In this document: piece after piece, positions 54,720 through 64,000 of the stretch
How positions within the stretch are numbered: position 1 is the first letter of the stretch
How the letters are laid out: each line of letters starts with the position of its first letter
NCBI RefSeq assembly: GCF_036588685.1
Contig: NC_086373.1
Coordinates: 106,640,001-106,704,000 of the forward strand
Source: Mytilus trossulus
Taxonomy: Eukaryota
DNA: 64,000 nucleotides
Reading direction: 5' to 3'
Made by a program: the position numbers and the translations under genes
Notes under the pieces: generated by a model
What the model saw: only the letters and a program-made list of their open reading frames with translations
Told to the model about the DNA's origin: nothing
The model's database searches: none

Positions 54720-57700
54720 ATGGAAGCAAATAACACCAAAGACTATTCCTGTGGGGAACACAATGATGTCCAGATTGAAGTTCTTGATGTAAATAACGAC
54801 CCAACTGATGATTCACAAAACCAAACACAGTATGTATCGCTTTCTATCTAAAATTGACTATAATACTCACCAGAAAACTTCAAACTAAGCATGCTGAAAA
54901 CTTACTTGGTCACGAAATAGACAGTATTACTATAATACTCAACAAAAAACTTCCAACTAAGCATGCATGTGTTGAAAACTTACTTGGTCACGAAATAGAC
55001 AATAGCATTGATATCAGACTTCAAACTATGCATGCATGTGCTGAAAACTTACTTGGTCACGAAATAGACAGTAGCATTGATATCAGACTTCAAACTAAGC
55101 ATGCATGTGCTGAAAACTTACTTGGTCACGAAATAGACAGTAGCATTGATATCAGACTTCAAACTAAGCATGCATGTGTTGAAAACTTACTTGGTCACGA
55201 AATAGACAGTAGCATTGATATTAGACTTCAAACTAAGCATGCATGTGTTGAAAACTTACTTGGTCACGAAATAGACAGTAGCATTGATATCAGACTTCAA
55301 ACTAAGCATGCATGTGCTGAAAACTTACTTGGTCACGAAATAGACAGTAGCATTGATATCAGACTTCAAACTAAGCATGCATGTGCTGAAAACTTACTTG
55401 GTCACGAAATAGACAGTAGCATTGATATCAGACTTCAAACTATGCATGCATGTGCTGAAAACTTACTTGGTCACGAAATAGACAGTAGCATTGATATCAG
55501 ACTTCAAACTAAGCATGCATGTGCTGACAACTTACTTGGTCACGAAATAGACAGTCGCATTGATATCAGACTTCAAACTAAGCATGCATGTGCTGAAAAC
55601 TTACTTGGTCACGAAATAGACAGTAGCATTGATATCAGACTTCAAACTAAGCATGCATGTGTTGAAAACTTACTTGGTCACGAAATAGACAGTAGCATTG
55701 ATATCAGACTTCAAACTAAGCATGCATGTGTTGAAAACTTACTTGGTCACGAAATAGACAGTAGCATTGATATCAGACTTCAAACTAAGCATGCATGTGC
55801 TGAAAACTTACTTGGTCACGAAATAGACAGTAGCATTGATATCAGACTTCAAACTAAGCATGCATGTGTTGACAACTAACTTGGTCACGAAATAGACAGT
55901 AGCATTGATATCAGACTTCAAACTAAGCATGCATGTGCTGAAAACTTACTTGGTCACGAAATAGACAGTAGCATTGATATCAGACTTCAAACTAAGCATG
56001 CATGTGTTGAAAACTTACTTGGTCACGAAATAGACAGTAGCATTGATATCAGACTTCAAACTAAGCATGCATGTGTTGAAAACTAACTTGGTCACGAAAT
56101 AGACAGTAGCATTGATATCAGACTTCAAACTAAGCATGCATGTGCTGAAAACTTACTTGGTCACGAAATAGACAGTAGCATTGATATCAGACTCGATGAA
56201 TTGTAATAAGATATACATCTGATTCTTCATCAAACAGGGGGCCCAAAACTTACATTGAATAAAACGAACAATGGGGTGCAAGGTTTTCGATTCAAATTAT
56301 ACTAATCGACTTACAGAAATTGCGCCCCTACCTGTTCTATGTATTGTTATGAATCACAGTTTATGACTTGTCTTAAAAAAGTTCCGTCTTCATTTCATTT
56401 GACACCAAAAAAAATTCCAGGATGCAGTTTTGTTTTAAATAATTCAGAGTTATCTATTTATAGTGTGGAAAACATACTAAAATTGTTGAACATATTTTTA
56501 TGCCAGGCCTCTTATAACTTACTATACGATAAACGTTTTGCTTAATGTCGAAGGCTGCATATTGCATTGTTCCTGTAGTCGGTTACACCCATATCATGTG
56601 ATCTTTCGTGAAAAGTTGCCTCATTGGGAATAATTCCACGTCTCCCAATGTGTATCACGGTAACATTAGGAACCAAAAACAAAATTAACCGAATTGATAT
56701 CAATCAAACCAACATGATCACACGAGAATATGAATATTTGAATAATCTTTTCAGAATTAAAAAAATATGAATTGGGGATTTGTGCTTGAAGGAGGACATA
56801 AATGCTACTCATGCTGAATTATAATACTATACCATTTTATTTATTTATTTGTAATAGCTGACTTTTAGGCCTCAAGGAAAACTAAAGTCACTTTGCTAGG
56901 GTTCAGGATATTTATTAATCAGTAACGTAAAACACCCAACATGTGGAGCAAGGTAGTTACTGTTGTGGCACAAACCAATATACTCTATACTTTCCAACTA
57001 TTTCAATGGCTACTGGACATAAACGTCTGTCCTTTTCGACTCCATTAGTCCTTCTAACTCAAAACAAAGAACCTCGTCGAAAATCCAGTGGTTGTCTGTT
57101 TGGTACAGTTGTACGTTTGCACGAGTCCAGCTACGCGGGACTTCCAATCTTTCTTCTGCGTAGTCTGTAGAGTTCCAAGCATGTTCAATAATGTACGGTT
57201 GAATCTCTCTGTAAGTCCGTTACCCATAGGATGGTAAGGTGTTGTTCGAGACTTTTCCATTCCTGTAATGTTGCAGAGTTCTTTGATGATCTTGCTCCAA
57301 AGTTCGCTTCTTGATCAGAATGAATACAATGAAGTTGTTGAAAACGCATCTGCTGTGGTTTTTGCGGTCTGAAGTCTGAAGCTTCTCATAGTTGTTAAAG
57401 AACCAGTTGTTGAGTGGTGAATAGCTCAGCTGTTGTTTATCTGCTTTGCGATGTTCGTTTATCCAATATATCCAGTCTTCGATAAATCTGTCTCTGATTG
57501 TTCGGCTTTAACATCAACTAACTTCTGAGATGGTAATGAAGGATTCACAGATGCATCTGAAATAATCGATAAGCTCTGGTGATGAGGTTGAGCATATTGC
57601 AGGTTACAGATGGCTTTCACTGACTCTGGCTGGATGGTTTCAGTACATCTAGATAATCCATCGGCATCTGCATTAGCATTTCCTGGTCTGTATACAATGT

Positions 57701-60700
57701 TGAGATTGTAAGATGACAGACTTTTATCCATTTGTGTCCGGTAGCAGCAAGTTTAGCTGACGTCAAGACATAGGTGAGTGGATTGTTATCCGTAACTACA
57801 GTGAAGGTGTTTCCAAATAGGTAGTCGTCGAACTTTTCTGTCACTGCCCACGTTAAAGCCAAGAACCACCAATTTGTGGACAGGGTAATTCTTCTCGGAT
57901 TTACTCAAACCTCTGCTGGCATACGCAATGACTATTTTCTTATCACACTGTTCCTGGTACAAAACAGCACCTAGTTCAAGCATCGACGCATCTGTACGAA
58001 GTTCAAAGGGCTTGAGTACGATGGAAATCCAAGGATCGGATGGCGTGTGAGCTTTGACTTTAGTTGTTGAAATGCATCTTCTTTTGATTTCCCCCATATC
58101 CATGATGTATTAGCTGGTTGTAGTTTAATCTAGTGCTTTCGTGTCTTCTTATGAGTTGGCATTAGGTCAGTAAGCGGTCTGGCAATCCTCGAAAAGTCTT
58201 TAATGAACTTCCGGGAATATCCAATGAATCCCAGGAACTGTCTGACCTCATCTGCAGATGTTAGAGGTGGCCAGTTGACAACTTTCTCTATCTTCGCTGT
58301 GTTGGGTTGTATACCATCTCTAAATACTATGTGGCCAATGTACTTTACCTTTTCCTGGAAAAATGCGCACTTCTTTGGTGAAAGCTTGAGTCCACTCTCT
58401 CGTAGTCTCTGTAGAACTCTTTGTAGTCTATCTAGATGTTCTTCGTATGTATCTGAGAAGATAATCAGGTCATCAAGGTAGATGAAATAGATGTTCAGGT
58501 GCACGTCTCCAAGGATTTCTTCCATCAAACGTTGATAAGTGGCTGGACTATTGACGCGTCCGAATGGCAGTCTGTTGAATTCATTAAATCCAAGGGTTCC
58601 CTACGTGGGCGCCAAATATAATAGCTGACTTTTAGGCCTAAAGGAAACTAAAATCACTTTGCTAGGGTTCAGGATATTTATTAAACATTAATGTAAAACA
58701 CTCAACTTGTGGAGCAAGGTAGTTACTGTTGTGACACAAACCAATTCATGTACATACAAGAATATCATACAGTGATATCTTTATAACAGCTTACAAATTG
58801 TCAAAATGTCAAGTCTGTCAATACAATACAATCATGACTATACTTTCCAACTATTTCAATGGCTACTGGACATAAACGTCTGTCCATTTCGACTCCATTA
58901 GTCCTTCTAACTCAAAACAAAGAACCTCGGAACTAAGCGGTGAAACTTTAAACTAACCAATCAAATCCAAGTAACCATGTATTATGTATGTTTATATGAG
59001 ACAATATGTTATGAAGTTTATTGAATATTAACATAATTATACATCTTTATTAAAATATAAACAAAATAAAGAGGCTACCACATATTAAGAAGATAAACTT
59101 TCACAGTTTGACACCATTTCAAATTGCTGACATCCAACATGATTTATGATTCAGTTATAACTACAAAATTATGAATATTGTTACAATATAATAAATAATT
59201 GATATTTCCTGTTGTAGAGAGTTAGAAAATATTTGTTCAAATTCGTCGAATCTAGCATCACTGGCTGCAGCACATAAAGCAATGAAGTCACTAAAGGATC
59301 TGGTTCCTTGTGAATTTTCGCGAGAGGACATTACACATTCTGCCGATGAATTGATTAATTCATTAAATGCTAAAAGAAAAAGAGACTCAGAAATTATCGA
59401 GGACTTCAAAAAGACGTGCGAGTTGCAGGTAATTGTAATGTTCTTTAGTTTACACTCCCATGTGCCTGCTAATATTTTTTTTCAGCGGTTTGGTGATCAT
59501 TAAAAATTCCAAGCGGTTTCGTAAATTTTGAATCAATATTCACGCCAACCAAGTTCACCTAGATACACACAGATCGACTGTTCAATCGTTATTATGATAT
59601 GTTTCTGTCATTTTTATGAATTTATAATAATAATGATATTCACATCACATAATGTCTATAAAATAACGACAATGAAAATAACACCATATACATTTAATGA
59701 ATCTTGAGCTCGATCTTTCTTGATTTACCTTGAAGTGCTACATGACCTTAATGGGCCGTAAAAGAATAACCAAAGTAGACCATAAAAAATAACCAAAGTG
59801 GACCATAAAAGAATGACCAAAGTGGGCCATAAAAGAATGACCAAAGTGGGCCATAAAAGAATGACCAAAGTGGGCCATAAAAGAATAACCAAAGTAGACC
59901 ATAAAAGAATGACCAAGTGGGTTATAAAATTATGACCAAAGTAGACCATAAAAGAATGACCAAAGTGGACCATAAAATGATGACCAACGTGGCCATAAAA
60001 GAATAACCAAAGTAGACCATAAAAGAATGACCAAAGTGGGCCATAAAAGAATGACCAAAGTGGGCCATAAAAGATTGACCAAAGTGAACAATAAAAGAAT
60101 GACCAAAGTGGGCCATAAAAGAATGACCATAGTGGACCATAAAAGAATGAACAAAATGGGCCATAAAAGAATGACCAAAGTAGACCATAAAAGAATGACC
60201 TAAGTAGACCATAAAAGAATGACCAATGTGGGCCATAAAAGAATAACCAAAGTGGGCCATAAAAGAATAACCAAAGTAGACCATAAAAGAATGACCAAAG
60301 TGGGCCATAAAAGATTGACCAAAGTGTACAATAAATAATGACCAAAGTGGACCATAAAAGAATGACCAAAGTGAACCATAAAAATATAAACCAAAGTAGA
60401 CCATAAAAGAATAACCAAAGTGACCATAAAAGAATGACCAAAGTGGATCATAAAATAATGACCAAATTGGACTATAAAAGAATGACCAAAGCCAGGTGAC
60501 CACAAAATAATGACATAAATGGGCCATAAAAGAATAAAATATAAAGTAGACCATAAAAGAATGACCATGGTGGAACATAAAAGAATGACCAAAGTGGACC
60601 ATAAAATAATGACACGATTGGACATAAAAGCATGTCCAAAGTGGGCTATAAAAGAATGACCAAAGCCAGTTGACCACAAAATAATGACTTAAGTGGACCA

Positions 60701-63700
60701 TAAAAGAATAAACAAAGTAGACCATAGTAGAATAAACAAAGTAGACCATAAAAGATTGACCAAAGTGGGCCATGAAAAAATTACAAAAGTGGGAATATAA
60801 GAGAATTACGAAAGAGGACCATAGAAAAATAACCAAAGTAGACCATAAAAGAATGACAAAGTGGACCTTATATTAATGTCCAAAGTGGACCATAAAAGAA
60901 AGACCGAAGTGGACCTTAAACGAATGACCAAAGCAGACCATAAACAAAGTGGGCGATAAGAAAACGACCAAAGTGGACCATAAAAGAATAACCAAAACCA
61001 TCTAATGTCTTGACTTTGCCTAAGGGAATTGGCACGTTGATTTCTTAATAATTTCTAAATTGATCAACGGAAAATGTACGCAATGGTTGTTAGATAATAT
61101 GTCAGTGGCGAAAGACCGACTTCTTGGCTTAATGTATTGACTATTCTTGGGACGAACAGTTCACCAGCATTGTTAACGACACACATGAAAATAACACTTA
61201 ATCAACTTGATGTGTCTGGAAACAATCAAACAATAGAATAACAAGATGTCACGTGTTTGATTGCCAAGGACAACTATCGATCAGCGTCAAAAATTTGGAT
61301 TTAAGCAACAAAAGTAATGGGACACCAATAAACTTTTTTTTCTTTCGAAATTGACATGAATGACAGAAGATGCTTACCATGCGGACGATAATCGCATGTT
61401 GAAAGATTTATGACTGAAATCCCGGGAATCTCCTGAGTGTTTTTAACTTGATTTGTATCATTTATATGGATTAATGAGATTGCAAATTTAATGTTGCCTC
61501 TTATTCTCCTAATGTATTACCATAAAAAATCATTATATAGACACACATACATTATATAAATTAGACACACATACATTATATAAATATTTTAATCCATCCC
61601 GCTTCTACAATTCAAAATAACGTCAAAATAATGCATGTGATTAATTGGGTACCCTAGCATTATATCTTATTTATTTACGATCAGTAAGATATGTAAACTG
61701 AACAACAGTATTTCAGAACACTGGAAAAAAGTAAAAACACAAAATTACTGAACTCCGATGAAAATTCAAAAAGGAAAGTCCAAAAGGCAAAATTAACAAC
61801 TGTCATATTCCTGACTTGGTACAGACATTTTCTAATGTATAGACAGACATACATTATAAAAGACACCCTCAACATGTCGCATAAAATAAAAATAAAATGG
61901 ATTGCAAGGCCACTGATAAAGGACAGAGTTGAAACGGCAAAAAGCATACTGAACTGATCGATGTACTTTGCATGTAATTTAAAACATACATTATAATATC
62001 AAAATAGAATGACAGTTTTATACTCATCAACAAACATATACTAGTAATCGTGATCTAAATGGAGGTTTGTTGGTGCACATTTACACATTTTGACACCGAT
62101 CTCCTTTTTAAGAAATTTTATCTATTGATTTAGCCACTGGATTTAGCTTCTATCGGACTATCGTTTGTATTTTTTAACTTGAAAGATGTTGAATACTCTG
62201 ACATTAGGGATCAACACCTCTGAGAAGCCAAAAATTTCTAGAATTAAACTTTTAAAAACTTTTCTAAACCTGATTTTTGGGTTTATATGTCTGTAAAAAA
62301 ATAATTGGTGAAGAACACATCATATGGTGGTGCGCTTATTTATTGCAACGGCCCTTTGAAAGTACCAAATTTTGAGGATTTTTCCATTTTTCATAAATTT
62401 TTACCCATTTTGGGGCTTTTATCGTGAAAAAAATCACAGTTCCATAAATTAAACTTTTTTCATACTCTCAATAAAGATGAAGCGGACCATGGTGCCAATT
62501 TTGTAATTTTGCGATTTTTCTCTGTTTAAAGAACAAAATGCATATTATTTCAACGCCCTTGTTATAAATGATTGAAAAAAAAAATACATATCTAAGAAAT
62601 TTGAAAAGAAAAAGTTATATAGGATGTTTATGTTTCTGGTGAAATCATTTTGTGTACCCCTCACCCATTTTTCTAAAAATTTCACTAAAAAAGACTGACT
62701 TGATTAGTAATAAAATTTGAAAATTTCTTTACTCAAAAACTACTTATTGGAAATACACAATTCTTTCACAGAGTTAAGTTTGATTATGATAATTATTAAA
62801 TTCATTGCTACTTTCCATTTGTATCGCATGTTTTGGAAATAATTCCAGCACGAGATTTCAATGAGACTGAAATGTCAGAACAATACATCCTTAGTTTGTT
62901 AATCCAAAGAATATTAATGCGAAAAACCTTTTACAAAAGAATAAAAATAAGAGGCATACAAAATGGACAATAAAAATCGAAGGAAACCACAACTACAAAA
63001 ATGGAAAACAAAGATGTCATAAAATGGTCAAGACTTTGTAGATCTTAACGCCTTGTCTTTTTTATAAGTTGTATCGGTTTGCCTTCATATTTTCTTTTAT
63101 ATGACAATGGATTATACAGCATTTAATTTGATTTGAATTATATATACACACTATAGTTTTTCATTATTAGACCGTTATTAAACTTTTCTCCAAATGAGAC
63201 TGTGTCATCCTTCATTACATAATACTCACTCACAGTAACATAAAATATATTGTTTTGACTGATGGAGAATGAGGGTGTTAAGAAGCGTTTAAGAATCAAA
63301 ATTAACCTACCAGGAAATTTAACCTGAACTTGTTTTTTTCTTCGACTTTTGGAAATGAAAAAAATATGTCTGGTATGTCAAACATTCAGGGAGTTCAAGA
63401 CCTATGTAAACACAACATTACACATTGTACTACCAAGGTATGAAAATAAGTTTTAGTGTAGCATTTATTTTTATTTTCAGTATTTTTAAAGTTGATGTTC
63501 ATTTTTTTGTTTTCTTTTCAGACAAGCAGGTCTTGCACTCTTATAGAACAACACATATTTAAAATTTATGAAAAGCAGGGAAAAACTATCCAGGATAAAA
63601 TCCAAGAGTTGTATGCTGTTCTTGACAGAATATCAAAACTGGAAAAGAAGATACAAGAGTTCAAGCGAGCACTTCAGGGACTTTGCTTCGAGTTCAATGA

Positions 63701-63704
63701 TTAA
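54720..63704 (+). CDS. SYCE2: Synaptonemal complex central element protein 2-like, 167 aa; exons 54720-54829, 59218-59428, 63522-63704
   Basis: Phase-consistent GT-AG exons. The helical core [22 protein letters not shown]...[23 protein letters not shown]...ISKLEKKI matches the SYCE2 pattern as recalled (ELIENIN..R.KD..L..NF....LEERIYQIY.....IQEKLQE). An acceptor just before the ATG implies an upstream non-coding exon. Confidence 0.8.
54873..56192 (+). repeat. 63-bp minisatellite (~21 units) at the start of the first coding intron of SYCE2
   Basis: Core AACTTACTTGGTCACGAAATAGACAGTAGCATTGATATCAGACTTCAAACTAAGCATGCATGTG repeated near-identically. Confidence 0.95.
56850..59043 (-). mobile_element. 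Internally deleted Ty3/gypsy LTR retrotransposon: 5' LTR 59043-58617, PBS ~58614-58598, RT-RNaseH-integrase fragments, partial 3' LTR ~57077-56850
   Basis: Direct repeats at both ends. PBS TGGCGCCCACGTAGGG resembles a tRNA-Lys primer site. YLDD (RT), TDAS..LGAVLYQ and TDNNPL (RNase H) and [17 protein letters not shown] (integrase) occur in gypsy order with several frameshifts. gag and protease are absent. Confidence 0.92.
59750..61000 (+). repeat. 24-bp minisatellite (~50 units, AAAAGAATGACCAAAGTGGGCCAT) in a SYCE2 intron
   Basis: Directly visible. It generates the spurious periodic ORFs at 59725-60836. Confidence 0.95.
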
Positions 63705-64000
63705 TCTTTGACTTACTCAACATTGATAGTAAAGCCTGTACTAATGTTTAAATTATAGAAAAGAAATTCTCTTTATTCAGTCGTCTCGTACTAATTTACG
63801 TAGCAATACAAGTTCTTCTTGTTATTTCATTCGCACCTCACTGAACACTATCTCCACTTGCACAATCTTAAAGTTTTTTTCTCATTTGCACCCTGAAATA
63901 AATTTCTTTTTTTTTAAAATGATAGTTTAAAACAAGACTTCTAAACACACCTTAAAAAATTGTATATGTTTTGACGTTGTTGATCACTAAGACTACCCTA

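Noticed and set aside
54830-54960. 63-bp repeat as another splice-junction-derived array
   Set aside because: It starts ~40 bp after the donor, but similarity to the exon end is limited to a few bases.
54854-55879. 341-aa ORF of 21-aa repeats
   Set aside because: It is a by-product of a 63-bp (multiple of 3) intronic minisatellite. It starts at TTG, later units contain stops, and it lies within a SYCE2 intron.
56845-59048. TSD for the gypsy element
   Set aside because: Flanks (TATT versus TCTT) do not match cleanly in low-complexity sequence.
59725-60836. Four overlapping hydrophobic repeat ORFs on the minus strand
   Set aside because: They are translations of a 24-bp minisatellite that is open in several frames, with no gene structure.

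Overview
AT-rich, intron-containing animal DNA. Gene and repeat content suggest a bivalve mollusc, possibly Mytilus (inference). Six genes were reconstructed by hand. (1-3) A cluster of three two-exon CABIT-domain (THEMIS/GAREM/Serrano family) paralogues sharing one intron position; two are CABIT-only and one is a full GAREM-like CABIT/pTyr/SAM protein. (4) A gene with a single coding exon for a signal-peptide, multi-pass membrane protein, interrupted by one in-frame TAG. (5) A complete 13-exon wntless (wls) gene on the minus strand that includes a U12-type minor intron. (6) A 3-coding-exon SYCE2-like gene oriented divergently from wls. The non-coding DNA holds the most unusual signals. wls exon-intron junctions have been amplified into tandem arrays: about 60 copies of the exon 5 donor, about 11 of the exon 3 donor and one extra copy of the exon 8 acceptor. 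There are several minimal type I hammerhead ribozymes in ~350-bp retrozyme-like repeats, with an intact one on the sense strand of a CABIT gene intron. Also present are nested TIR elements with clean TSDs, a deleted Ty3/gypsy element, LINE and Penelope-like remnants, and Helentron-type non-autonomous elements. All calls come from manual reading; no searches were run.
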